Source: an uncultured Acidobacteriota bacterium (GTDB lineage Bacteria; Acidobacteriota; Terriglobia; Terriglobales; Acidobacteriaceae). Taken from it: a stretch of 64,000 nucleotides of DNA. The position numbers were made by a program, and so were the translations under genes. Each line of letters begins with the position of its first letter. Position 1 is the stretch's first letter. The DNA is taken from positions 158,007 to 222,006 of the forward strand of contig CAWCTA010000025.1 in the NCBI GenBank assembly GCA_963798315.1, read 5' to 3'. Positions 36,537-46,125 of this stretch are shown piece by piece. Below the pieces are notes generated by a model. That model was not told where the DNA came from. It made no database searches and saw only the letters and a list, made by a program, of their open reading frames with translations.

Positions 36537-39500
36537 TCAATGAAAATTGTGTGACCGGATTTCTATATCCGTGATATCCAGGGGAACGATCCGTTGCGCC
36601 TTGATGTGAATTACGCCATCCTGATGCTGGAGTGGGCCCTCCACGCACACGAATCGGCTGCGCGATACGACCACGCGATTCTGCTCGAAAGCGTCAGGCG
36701 TGAAAATGACGTTGGCGATGCCGGTTTCGTCTTCGAGCGAAAGAAAGACAAAACCCTTGGCAGTTCCGGGGCGCTGCCGCGCAATCACGCACCCGGCCAC
36801 ATGCACGAAGTGATGGTTGGGCAGCCGTGTGAGGTCATCGGCTGACACCAGGCCTGCCTGTCGGAATGCTGCGCGGTGATAGGCAAGAGGATGCGGCCCG
36901 GTGGTGAGGCCCGTGCCGGCGTAATCGGCGCACAGACGTTCATGGGTGGTCATCTTCTTGAGCGGCATGGATGTCTCGGCTGGGGAACCGGAGAGAGCCG
37001 CGCTGCGCAGCAGCGGGCCAACAGGCCGGCCGGCCTGCTCCACTTGCCACAGCGCATCGCGCCTGTGTTCCACATCGCCCAGTGAGTTCAGCGCCCCGAT
37101 GCGGGCTAATGTAACCAGTTCTTTGCGGTTGAGCGCGGGGACGCGCTGCGCAACGTCGTCGACCGATGCGAAGGAACCTTTCTCTAGGCGCGTGGCGACA
37201 ACAGAGTCCGCTGACGATTGGCGCAGACCCTTCGCATAATTCAGGCCGACGCGGAGCGAGAGCGAACCATCGGCTTCATGTTCGAGGGTACACAGCCACT
37301 CCGATCGCTGTACGTCGATAGGCCGTACGCGCAGGCCGTGCCGTTGCGCGTCCTTGATAAGCACCGCCGGCGCATAGAAACCCATGGGCTGATTGTTGAG
37401 CAGTCCGCAAGTGAAGGCGGCAAGGAAGTGCACCTTGAGATACGCCGATGCATACGCGATCAGTGCGAAGCTGGCCGCATGCGACTCAGGAAAGCCGTAC
37501 ATGGCGAATGAGGAGATGCCCTGCACGATGTTGTCCTGCGCCTCCTTGCCAATGCCGTTCAGCGTCATGCCGGAGCGCAGCCGTCCTTCGAGATCCTTCA
37601 TCCGCTGCATGGAACGGCGCATGCCCACGGCGCGGCGAAGCTCTTCGGCCTCCGCGCCGCTGAAGTTGGCGACGACCATGGCCATGCGCAGCAACTGTTC
37701 CTGGAAGAGCGGCACGCCCAGGGTGCGTTCCAGTACCGACTTGAGCGAAGGGTGCGGATAGGTGACTTCTTCCCTGCCCTGCCGCCTGCGCATGTATGGG
37801 TGCATCATTTTGCCCACGATGGGCCCGGGCCGGATGATGGCCACCTGCACCACCAGATCGTAGAAGCGCGTGGGAGCGTTGTGCGGAATCGAAGCCATTT
37901 GCGCGCGGCTCTCCACCTGGAACATGCCCACCGTATCGGCCCTGCAGAGCGTGTCATAGACAAGCTTGTCTTCAGGCAGCGTGGCCAGATCAACGTGTCT
38001 TCTGTAGTGGCGCGGGATCAATTCGATCGCATCTTTGACGGCGGCCAGCATGCCAAGGCCAAGCAGATCGACCTTGATGAGGCCCAGATCGGCGCAGTCT
38101 TCCTTGTCCCACTGGACTACAGTACGACCCGGCATGGAAGCCCGCTCGATCGGCACCACGCGATTCAGCATGCCCGCGCAGATCACCATGCCGCCAGAGT
38201 GCTGGCCGAGATGACGTGGCAGATCCTGCATGCGCATGCATAGATCGAGATAGTGCGCGATGCGCGGGTGGCGGATATCGAAGCCCGCCTGCGCAAAGTG
38301 TTTTTCCATGGTGTCGTTGGCGCCGCGCCACTCCCAGTGGCCGACAAGGCTAGAGAGGCGCGCGATCTGCTCTTCTTCAAAGCCCAGCGCCTTGCCCACT
38401 TCGCGCGCTGTTGAACGGCTGCGATAGCTGATCACGTTGGCGGTCATGGCCGCGCCCAGTGAGCCGTAGCGCTCGTAGACGTATTGGATCACCTGCTCGC
38501 GGTGATCGCCCGATGGCAGGTCAAGATCGATGTCGGGCCACTCGCCGCGGTTCTCACTCAGAAATCGTTCGAAGAGCAACTCCATGCCGACGGGATCGAC
38601 GGCCGTGATTTCGAGCGAGTAGCAGACCGCGGAGTTGGCCGCCGAACCACGGCCCTGCACAAGAAAGCCGTTCCACTGGCAGTAGCGAATAATGTCCCAG
38701 ACGATGAGAAAGTATCCGGCAAAACCAAGTTTTGCAATCAATGCGAGTTCGTGGCGCACCTGGGCGCGGGCCTTGTCGAGCAGGTGGCGTTTGGCAGGCG
38801 AGCCGTAGCGCTTGCGGACGCCTTCTTCCACGCGCTTCGAGAGAAAGCTGTCCAATTCGGTCTCGCCGCCGGGAAGCGGGTAGCGGGGAAATTCATAGCC
38901 CAGGTCGTTGAGCGTGAATTCAATGCGGTCACTGACAATGCGGGTGTTCGCGATGGCCTCGGGCAGATCGCCGAACAGTGCCGACATTTCCTGCCCGCTG
39001 CGCAGAGAACGTGCCGAGTTCGCAGCAAGCAGCCTGCCTGCATGATCGAGAGTAGTCCCGTTGCGGATCGAGGTGAAGACATCGAGAAGCTCTCGATCCG
39101 ATTCGTTTGCGTAGCGCACGCCGTTGGTGGCGATGACCGGCAGTCTGCGCGAAGACGCCAGGCTCAGCAGCGACTGGTTGCGGCACTCTTCTTCGCGCTG
39201 TTGATGGCGTTGAAGTTCGACATAGACATTGGTCTGGCCGTAGATGCAGGCCAGGCGGTCGAGGCATTTCCGTGCTTCATCCTTGCCGTGAGATTGCAGC
39301 GCCGAAGCCAGAGGCCCTTCATCGCCGCCTGTCAGGCAAATGAGACCCGAAGAAAATTCCTCCAGGTCCTCCAATGTTGCTGCGCCTTCTGCCTTTGTCG
39401 TTTCGCGCATCTTGAAGCGCGTGATCAGCTGGCAGAGGTTCTGGTACCCGGCTTGCGTAGCGCAGAGCAGCAGGATGCGCGGAGGCTCGTCTGGATATTG

Positions 39501-39866
39501 ATGCGGCTGCCAGGGGTGCGGTGTGAGCCTGTGTCCGAACGAGGAGACGGCGATCTCCGCGGCAATGTGTGCCTTGATGCCGATGCGCTTGGCCGCGGTG
39601 TGAAAGCGCGCTACACCATAGACGCCGTTGCGGTCGGCAAGCGCCATGGACGGCATGCCGAGTGCGGCGGCGCGTTCGATCAAACCTTCGGGCTGCGAAG
39701 CTCCGTCAAGAAAGCTGAACGCGCTGGCGGCGTGGAGCTCAATATACTCGCTGCCGCTCGCTTTGAAAGCGCTTGGAGCCGCTTGAACAACCGGTGTTCG
39801 CGCATCGTCCGGATGGCAGACCGGCGTTCCCGGCGAGTGCGTGTTGGGCACCGCGAGACTAGTCAT
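36537..39866 (-). CDS. dnaE2: Error-prone DNA polymerase III alpha subunit (DnaE2/ImuC)
   Basis: PHP ELHAASAFSFLDG, QGRGSAANS, PDIDLD, HLGQHSGG, YGFPESHAASF, C-terminal RQRPGTAKG and SHNFH (SRDFH-like) tail. Confidence 0.95.
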   Translation of the reverse strand: MTSLAVPNTHSPGTPVCHPDDARTPVVQAAPSAFKASGSEYIELHAASAFSFLDGASQPEGLIERAAALGMPSMALADRNGVYGVARFHTAAKRIGIKAHIAAEIAVSSFGHRLTPHPWQPHQYPDEPPRILLLCATQAGYQNLCQLITRFKMRETTKAEGAATLEDLEEFSSGLICLTGGDEGPLASALQSHGKDEARKCLDRLACIYGQTNVYVELQRHQQREEECRNQSLLSLASSRRLPVIATNGVRYANESDRELLDVFTSIRNGTTLDHAGRLLAANSARSLRSGQEMSALFGDLPEAIANTRIVSDRIEFTLNDLGYEFPRYPLPGGETELDSFLSKRVEEGVRKRYGSPAKRHLLDKARAQVRHELALIAKLGFAGYFLIVWDIIRYCQWNGFLVQGRGSAANSAVCYSLEITAVDPVGMELLFERFLSENRGEWPDIDLDLPSGDHREQVIQYVYERYGSLGAAMTANVISYRSRSTAREVGKALGFEEEQIARLSSLVGHWEWRGANDTMEKHFAQAGFDIRHPRIAHYLDLCMRMQDLPRHLGQHSGGMVICAGMLNRVVPIERASMPGRTVVQWDKEDCADLGLIKVDLLGLGMLAAVKDAIELIPRHYRRHVDLATLPEDKLVYDTLCRADTVGMFQVESRAQMASIPHNAPTRFYDLVVQVAIIRPGPIVGKMMHPYMRRRQGREEVTYPHPSLKSVLERTLGVPLFQEQLLRMAMVVANFSGAEAEELRRAVGMRRSMQRMKDLEGRLRSGMTLNGIGKEAQDNIVQGISSFAMYGFPESHAASFALIAYASAYLKVHFLAAFTCGLLNNQPMGFYAPAVLIKDAQRHGLRVRPIDVQRSEWLCTLEHEADGSLSLRVGLNYAKGLRQSSADSVVATRLEKGSFASVDDVAQRVPALNRKELVTLARIGALNSLGDVEHRRDALWQVEQAGRPVGPLLRSAALSGSPAETSMPLKKMTTHERLCADYAGTGLTTGPHPLAYHRAAFRQAGLVSADDLTRLPNHHFVHVAGCVIARQRPGTAKGFVFLSLEDETGIANVIFTPDAFEQNRVVVSRSRFVCVEGPLQHQDGVIHIKAQRIVPLDITDIEIRSHNFH

Positions 39867-41359
39867 AGTACGCCTCCAGCCGCCATTCGTGGCGAGCGCG
39901 ATCGTGCCCCAGCAGGCACGCCACGAAGACACCATCGCCGCGCTCGGCTAAAACATCCCATTCCTCGAGATCCCACTCGCCTTCGCACCACCAGCTGCCA
40001 CTGCTTCTCCACGGACCGTAGGCAGCCGTTATGTCGAAGCGGTTCTTCTCATCGCGAAATGCCGCCGGCCTGGCCGCACGCTGCACAACGCGAATCGGCA
40101 TCGATGGACGCACCCGCCGCAGAGCCATGCGGCGGCCATCCGGCTCCCTCTCCGATGCCCCGGCGCCGATCGCAAATGCCTCCATGCGAAAGCTCCCGCC
40201 GCGATGGCTGTCTTCAAGAACAGGCGAGCCCACGCGGTCATCGCCGACGAGAGCCCGCAACCTCGCCAGGGTTACATCGAGCCGCGACGGTTCTGGCATT
40301 TGCGGGGCAAACAGGCCGAGTTGCACGGTGCCCGATCGCCCCGCCTCAGCCGTCAATTCGAGAGAGACGATGGCGGCCTGCGGCGGGTGCGCGGCTATCT
40401 CCAGTTGCAGAAGCTTGAGGAGAAATTTGCGATCGGTGGAAGGAACAGCAGGCCGAAGTACGCACTGGTGTGTCAGTCCTCTTTCCAGCTGCATCTTCGC
40501 GGTGAGTATCGAAAGCGAGAGTGCCCGATCGCCTGCGCGGGCAACGAGGCAATCGATCATGCGAGCGCCCATGAACAGCAGAGAGTCGATCTGCTCTACA
40601 GGCGTTTCGAATTCACAAAATTCGCGCAGCGCGAATGCAGCCTCGATGGGTTGAAACGTGTGTGAATGCGCGCCCCGGGCCAATGCGCGCCATGCTTGCG
40701 CATCCGAGCCAAGCCGCGTGATGAGTTCGACCTCGGGCAACGCGGCTAATTCGCCCAGGGTACGAATGCCCCACAGCGCAAAAGTGTCAGCGGGTTCCTC
40801 CTCAAGATCGAGTGAGGCAATGGGCTGTTTTGCGAGTGCTGAAGCTTCTTCACCCTCAGCGATCATGGCCACTCCGTGGGTCACGGCAGCTTTCATCCGC
40901 GCGGCATCGTAGTTGGCGCTCACCGCAATCGACACCCGGAAGCCGGCGTCAGCCAATGCAGAGCGCATTCGCCCGGCTAACTGCGCGGGGGGACCAAACA
41001 GGCGCTCCGTGCCGCTGATGTCGAGCACGAATGCGCGATGCGGTTCCACGGCTTGCTTCTTCAATCCGCGGAGAAAACCGCGCCACGCATTCGAGCAGCA
41101 CAGAGCGAGCCGCTGCTTCCGTTTCGAGCGAGCGCGCCAGAAGCCGGACTCCCCCCATGCCTTCCACATCCAGCCGTGCCATGCCGAGCGACGCGCCATT
41201 CTGCAGCGCGGGACGATTCATGGCACATACAAACTCCTGTGGCGGCCGGCCCTCGATGACCGCCACTGGTGCGCTTCGCAAATCAGGGCGCAGCCGCAGC
41301 AAGGCCTGCGCCGGAAACTCCGCCGCATGCACACAGGCGTAAAGAGCATTCACGCTCAT
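39859..41359 (-). pseudogene. imuB: ImuB Y-family polymerase-like protein, frameshifted as sequenced by one extra base near 41037
   Basis: ORFs 40949-41398 (YACVHAAEFPAQ...FSPRIEE) and 39859-41199 (AFVLDISGTERLFG...WDLEEWDV...WRLEAYYD) join as GTA-CAFVLD if base 41037 is removed (1500 nt). ATGA overlap with imuA. Confidence 0.88.
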
Positions 41360-42147
41360 GCGCGCTTCTCCATATCCCACGGGCTGTTGGCGGACCATGT
41401 AGATGCAGGTTGTTTGCGAGGACCTGGCGAAATCGGCGTAAAGCGCTGTCGACCACGCTGCAGGCTGAACGTAAAGCCGCGCAGCACAGTGCCGCCTGCC
41501 GTTTCGGCTTCAAGCGGAGCGCACTCGAGAGCGATCGCTGCGCTCGACTGGGCATAGGCAGCCTGTCCGAGCACCACGAGACTGCAGCGGGTGCGATCAG
41601 AAGCCTGTCGAAAACGGAACCATGTGGCAAGCGGAATTCGATTGCCGTGCTCCAGCGCGGTATCGCCCAGGTCGAGCACAATGGCAGCGAAGCCGGCGGC
41701 CTGGAGCAGTAGATCGGTGGCGCGCAGCGCCTGATCCAGCTTCGTCCATGGTTTCCCCTTTTCCGATCGCGGAGCCCGAGCGGCACGAGGTTGGGGTTGC
41801 GACCGATCCTGGCATCGCACCCAGAGCAGTTGACGGAGGTCGACGCCGTTGGCCGCGGCCGATTCCGGATCGAAAGCATCATTCGTATCTACCCAGGCGC
41901 AGACGCGGGCTTCGGCCGTTCGCCGGGCGAGAAAGGACAGGGCAAGGCTGGTACGTCCCGACGATGCGGGGCCCGTTATCTCGCTGATCGCTCCCACCGG
42001 AATGCCGCCATCCAACTGTTGGTCGGCCTCCTCAATGCCCGTCGGCGCGACCTCGCGGTGAGCGCAGGGCGCAGGCGTCAGCGCAGACGGAAAGCGGCTG
42101 GCGAGGGCGTGTTCGATCTGGAGGCGAAGGGCTGCAGCGGCAGGCAT
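41356..42147 (-). CDS. imuA: ImuA / RecA-like protein of the mutagenesis cassette
   Basis: GGIPVGAISEITGPASSGRTS Walker-A-like motif, WVDTNDAFDP, IVLDLG; first gene of the cassette. Confidence 0.85.
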   Translation of the reverse strand: MPAAAALRLQIEHALASRFPSALTPAPCAHREVAPTGIEEADQQLDGGIPVGAISEITGPASSGRTSLALSFLARRTAEARVCAWVDTNDAFDPESAAANGVDLRQLLWVRCQDRSQPQPRAARAPRSEKGKPWTKLDQALRATDLLLQAAGFAAIVLDLGDTALEHGNRIPLATWFRFRQASDRTRCSLVVLGQAAYAQSSAAIALECAPLEAETAGGTVLRGFTFSLQRGRQRFTPISPGPRKQPASTWSANSPWDMEKRA

Positions 42148-42160
42148 GGCGAGGCGACCT

Positions 42161-42190
42161 GTTTTCGCCTTTTATTCGCTTAGATTCGCT
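42161..42190. promoter_or_regulatory. Candidate LexA operator: triple TTCGC direct repeat upstream of imuA
   Basis: GTTTTCGCCTTTTATTCGCTTAGATTCGCT; TTTC-N7-ATTC resembles the GTTC-N7-GTTC direct-repeat SOS box, 14-43 nt before the imuA ATG. Confidence 0.5.
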
Positions 42191-42300
42191 CCATGCTCGA
42201 TCGGTTGTCAAAGCCACATCGGTGGATTTTTCTGTAAGCCATTGATTCAATAGCCGAATATAAATGCCGTCGTTACGATTTTCACAAGAAGAATGACCCC

Positions 42301-44244
42301 CTACTTGTGGACTGACTCGCGCTGATTTGCGACGAAATCGGCAATCGCCACGACCTGTTCGTCCGGCAAGTACTCGTGGCCCACCATATCAGTTCCTTTC
42401 AAACCGAATTTGGTGATGCGGGCAATGTCCTTGCGGAGTTCCGCCAGGATCTCACCCCCCGCGACGTGCTGCATTGGACCGCGCACCAGATCCGGCGGAA
42501 CGCTGTGAAAACTCGCCCGCCACTTTCCACGGGCAGCACCGTCGGACGCGTGACAGGTGGCGCAGTGTTCGGCGAAAAGCATGTGGCCGTCGATTGACCG
42601 GGCCTGCGTAATCGCGCGATCCGAAGGCTGCCAGTCGGCGACTGTACGCCAGTGCCCGGCGGAGTTGAGGCTCGTGAGGTAGGCAATCAGGTCGTCCCCG
42701 CGCCCGTCGCGAAACAGGTAATCGTAGCGAGGCATGATGGAGTCGTAGCTTACGTCGCGCGGATTCATGAAATGGATGCGCAGCCATAACGGCGAGCGGC
42801 GAGCGCCCACCTGGCTCAGATCCGGGCCCTGGCGCCGGTTGCCGATCAATGGCGGCTGTTCGCGGCGAATCTCCTCGAGGCCGGTGACTGGGCCCCACAT
42901 CGGCACGTCGGCCGTATTCGGCCGTACGTATTGCGAATGGCAGTTGATGCAGCCTTCGGCGATGTACACCTGCCTGCCGCGTTCGACCGGGGTCAGCACC
43001 ATGGAATTGGCAAAGGAAAGGCCGTCCGGACGAACGATAAGAGTGAGAGCAAAAGCGATTCCCATCACCATCGCGATGACCAGCGCCTGGATCCGGGTCG
43101 ATTTGTCGAGTCGCCCGGCAGTGATCGCGTTCCAAAGCCAGGGCACAGCGAAGAGCGCCGCGGCTGCAATAACAAAAGCGATGGGAACATGATGCAGGTT
43201 GCGGCCCATGCCGATGCCGAGTGCGGAGCCGGTCCAGCCGGCCAGCGCATAGAGGTATCCTGCCGCCCGGGCGCGTTCACCGTGCGATGCGGCAGGCATG
43301 AGGAAAGATGGATAAGCCACAAGCGCAACCGAATAGAGCGACACTCCGATGGGATACAGAACGGCTGCAACGGGGACCCGCACAGGGTCGAGAAGCAACA
43401 GGCATGCTGCGCCGAGGGCCCCAATTGCCAGCGCAAGCGTCAGGGACACACCACGGCGCGCGAGCAGCCATGCGCTTACGAGCGCAGCGGCGAGATGCAG
43501 CGTGCCGGCACGCCATAAATGGAGATCGCCCTGCCATGTTCCGGCTTTGAGCCAGGGAGAATTCTGGATGATGTAGAAGGCGGCAGAATCCAGCCATACC
43601 AGCACAGTGAACCACACGAGTACCAGCGCGAACCTTACCGACTTGCGCTGCATTGGCTCGGCTGGCAGCGGCTGCAGGGAGTCAACGCGGCTGCGATTGG
43701 CAACGATCAGGGCGACAAGGCAGCACGCGGCGGACGTCAATGCAATCCGTTGTGGGCTCGCCGTAAACAGCGGCGGAAAATTGCAGAGGAAATATCCAAT
43801 GCCGGTGCCGATGCCGACTTTGAGAAGCGGCCGATCGATCCCGATCCACAGGGGAAGATTGGCAACCAGGGTTACTGTGAGCAGGCCCAGAGAAACACCG
43901 ATCGTCAAAGCGACCGTGGCGGCGGTGAAGACATTGAGCGGCAACAGCGACCACACTGTGGTGAGTGCGCAACCGATAAGGCCGGTCTGGAGCCGGCAGC
44001 TCGGACAGGTCCACAGGCGACAGCGCGGAGCGAACAGGCTCATGCCGACTCCGCCGATGGCCATCGCGCCCATGATCAGGGGAAGCGAATTCTCCGTGAT
44101 GCCAAGCTCGGCCAGGCGCTTGAGAAATCCGAATTGCGCAAAGATGAGGAAGTAAACATAGGTACTGGCGACGAGGAGAACGCCTTGCCAGCCTTCGAAG
44201 ATGGGTGGAGCATCAGCACCCCGCGGGCGCGATTCAGCCTGCAC
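42301..44244 (-). CDS. Fusion protein: MFS-like multi-TM domain + cbb3 subunit II (CcoO/FixO)-like cytochrome c + second cytochrome c domain
   Basis: About 12 TM helices, then GRQVYIAEGCINCHSQYVRP...GNRRQGPDL...HFMNPR...SIMPRY, then CATCH...MVGH. GTG 44244 overlaps the upstream stop (ORF track start 44418). Confidence 0.8.
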   Translation of the reverse strand: MQAESRPRGADAPPIFEGWQGVLLVASTYVYFLIFAQFGFLKRLAELGITENSLPLIMGAMAIGGVGMSLFAPRCRLWTCPSCRLQTGLIGCALTTVWSLLPLNVFTAATVALTIGVSLGLLTVTLVANLPLWIGIDRPLLKVGIGTGIGYFLCNFPPLFTASPQRIALTSAACCLVALIVANRSRVDSLQPLPAEPMQRKSVRFALVLVWFTVLVWLDSAAFYIIQNSPWLKAGTWQGDLHLWRAGTLHLAAALVSAWLLARRGVSLTLALAIGALGAACLLLLDPVRVPVAAVLYPIGVSLYSVALVAYPSFLMPAASHGERARAAGYLYALAGWTGSALGIGMGRNLHHVPIAFVIAAAALFAVPWLWNAITAGRLDKSTRIQALVIAMVMGIAFALTLIVRPDGLSFANSMVLTPVERGRQVYIAEGCINCHSQYVRPNTADVPMWGPVTGLEEIRREQPPLIGNRRQGPDLSQVGARRSPLWLRIHFMNPRDVSYDSIMPRYDYLFRDGRGDDLIAYLTSLNSAGHWRTVADWQPSDRAITQARSIDGHMLFAEHCATCHASDGAARGKWRASFHSVPPDLVRGPMQHVAGGEILAELRKDIARITKFGLKGTDMVGHEYLPDEQVVAIADFVANQRESVHK

Positions 44245-44653
44245 GTTCGAGCCATCCTTTGCGCAGGCCGATCCACTGAATCGCCGCGAATGAGCCATCG
44301 GAAAACGCAACGCTGATCCAACGGATCTCCAGGGCTGACGATGCGATTTGACCCACAACGAAAACCGCCACGAGGGTGCGCACCAGCGCGGTGATCTTCC
44401 ATTGTGTCGACCATCCAATGTGGGCGTGCGTCGTCAGAGGCCAGCGCGCCACGGCCCAGAAATAGGTAAGGCCTACGGACAAGACGAATACGCCGATGTA
44501 GCGAACGAACACTAGCGGCTGGGGGATGATGGTGAGGCCCATGAACCGCAGCGTCCATGCGGGTGCGCCGATCAGCAGCAGGCCGGTGCCGGTGTCGCAC
44601 AGTCCGGCGATGTATTGGTAGAGGATGAGCCAGCGGCGAGGCGGGGCGTTCAT
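44234..44653 (-). CDS. Small four-TM membrane protein
   Basis: 139 aa with four hydrophobic segments; ATG overlaps the upstream stop (ATGA) and its own stop overlaps the next start. Confidence 0.75.
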   Translation of the reverse strand: MNAPPRRWLILYQYIAGLCDTGTGLLLIGAPAWTLRFMGLTIIPQPLVFVRYIGVFVLSVGLTYFWAVARWPLTTHAHIGWSTQWKITALVRTLVAVFVVGQIASSALEIRWISVAFSDGSFAAIQWIGLRKGWLERAG

Positions 44654-46125
44654 AGTCGCTCGCCCTCCGGATGACCAAGGCTGACGCGATCAAGGTCTGA
44701 GGTTTCCCACCCTTTCCGCAGAAACAAGCGGAAAGGATGGGGCACGGCGGTCTGTGGCGCTGACAGCATGCGGCGGGTGAGACGAATGAACCAATGCGCC
44801 GATGCCGCGGTCATGGCAATTCCCAGCACCAGGCGCACCACGTAAATAAGATTGCGAGCGGGGCCGGGAACAATCGTAAAGGCGGGATCGCCTCCCTCCT
44901 TCCAGCCAGTAAAGAAAAACAGGATCACATACGCCAGTGTCGCGCCGTGCCAGGCAAAAAATGGCCAGCGAGCGCTAAAGATAGCTCCGTCTTCGTCAAG
45001 CAGGACAGACAGGATGAGAATCAGCAGGCTGCTGACGAAACCTGCCATCGCCAGGATGGAATGGCCCACGAGGCCGTCGGTGAATTTGAGGCGGTCGAGG
45101 ATACCGGGGAGAAAAAACGCCCAGCCCGTAGGAACGAGCAGGGCCCAATACCCAAGCACGGCCATCCGCCACAAGCGTGTTCTTGCGGGCCACGCAAAGG
45201 CGGTGAAATACGCAGGCACAAGCGGCACCCAGATCAGCAGGCTGCCCAGGCTGATGAACTGCACGGGAAGGTGGTGGCTCACGTCTGCGCGGCCCAGGGC
45301 GAGGCAAAGCAGGGCTTCGACGGCTAAGACGACCCAGGCGGCGACGATCCAGTGACGGCCGGTGGTTTTGCGATGAGTAAGGCCATAGGGCAACAGGAAG
45401 AGGATGAGGACGATAACGAGCGTGGATTCGAGCTGGCTCGCTCCCGTGGGGCCGCCGGTATCGGGATTGATTGCAGGATATGTGGCCGGATCCGATGCAA
45501 GGTAAATGGCCATGGGAACGAGCAAAAGCAGCGCGAGGCCAAGCAGTTTGGCAGCGCGGATGAGGGTCGATCGATTTTCAGGCTCGTGCCAGGCATGCTT
45601 GTACGCGGCGGCGAGCACCACCCACAGGAAAAGGATCGCCAGCGGAAAAAGAACGCGGGCGTAGCCGGTCCAGTCGAGGAAGAGCTTGCCGCTGGAGTTG
45701 CCGTTGAGCCAGGAGACTGCGCCGATGGTAAGAGCCAGCGACCATAGAATGAGAGCCGCCGGCGACCAGGCGGCGATGGCCCCGCGGTCAGCACGATAGA
45801 TGCGGATCGCCCACGCCACGAGCGGCAGCGCCATCCATCCGTAGAGTTGGAAATTGAGATGCACTGGAGTCCAGCGGCCGTAGCTCCACTCGCCAAGCCA
45901 GCGACCCGCGGCCGGATAGAGCAACAGGATGGCGAGCCAGACTCCGGTCAGGTTCGCGACCACGAGCCACGCCAGGCTGTGCCATGCGGCGACGGCGAGA
46001 ACTGAGTGCGTTTCCGAACGCGACCCGGCGGAAGTCTCGACTGCAACAGGTTGGAACGCGACGTGCAAGGGTAGATATGCGACCGCTGTCAGTCCGGCGC
46101 CGGACTCACTCGCAGATTTTGCCAT
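44650..46125 (-). CDS. Degenerate cbb3-type oxidase subunit I (CcoN/FixN)-like membrane protein
   Basis: YGRWTPVHLN (cf. FGRLRPLHTN), SSGKLFLDW (cf. SSKEYAELEW), SHHL (cf. PHHL), FTDGLVGHSI (cf. YTDWTIGHVH); about 12 TM helices. Confidence 0.75.
   Translation of the reverse strand: MAKSASESGAGLTAVAYLPLHVAFQPVAVETSAGSRSETHSVLAVAAWHSLAWLVVANLTGVWLAILLLYPAAGRWLGEWSYGRWTPVHLNFQLYGWMALPLVAWAIRIYRADRGAIAAWSPAALILWSLALTIGAVSWLNGNSSGKLFLDWTGYARVLFPLAILFLWVVLAAAYKHAWHEPENRSTLIRAAKLLGLALLLLVPMAIYLASDPATYPAINPDTGGPTGASQLESTLVIVLILFLLPYGLTHRKTTGRHWIVAAWVVLAVEALLCLALGRADVSHHLPVQFISLGSLLIWVPLVPAYFTAFAWPARTRLWRMAVLGYWALLVPTGWAFFLPGILDRLKFTDGLVGHSILAMAGFVSSLLILILSVLLDEDGAIFSARWPFFAWHGATLAYVILFFFTGWKEGGDPAFTIVPGPARNLIYVVRLVLGIAMTAASAHWFIRLTRRMLSAPQTAVPHPFRLFLRKGWETSDLDRVSLGHPEGERL

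Noticed and set aside
38484-40418. 644-aa plus-strand ORF
   Set aside because: Antisense to dnaE2/imuB, which carry clear conserved motifs.
42301-46125. Annotating as ccoN/ccoO of a functional cbb3 oxidase
   Set aside because: Several essential ligands appear absent, CcoO is fused to a large membrane domain, and there are no ccoQP or ccoGHIS genes.
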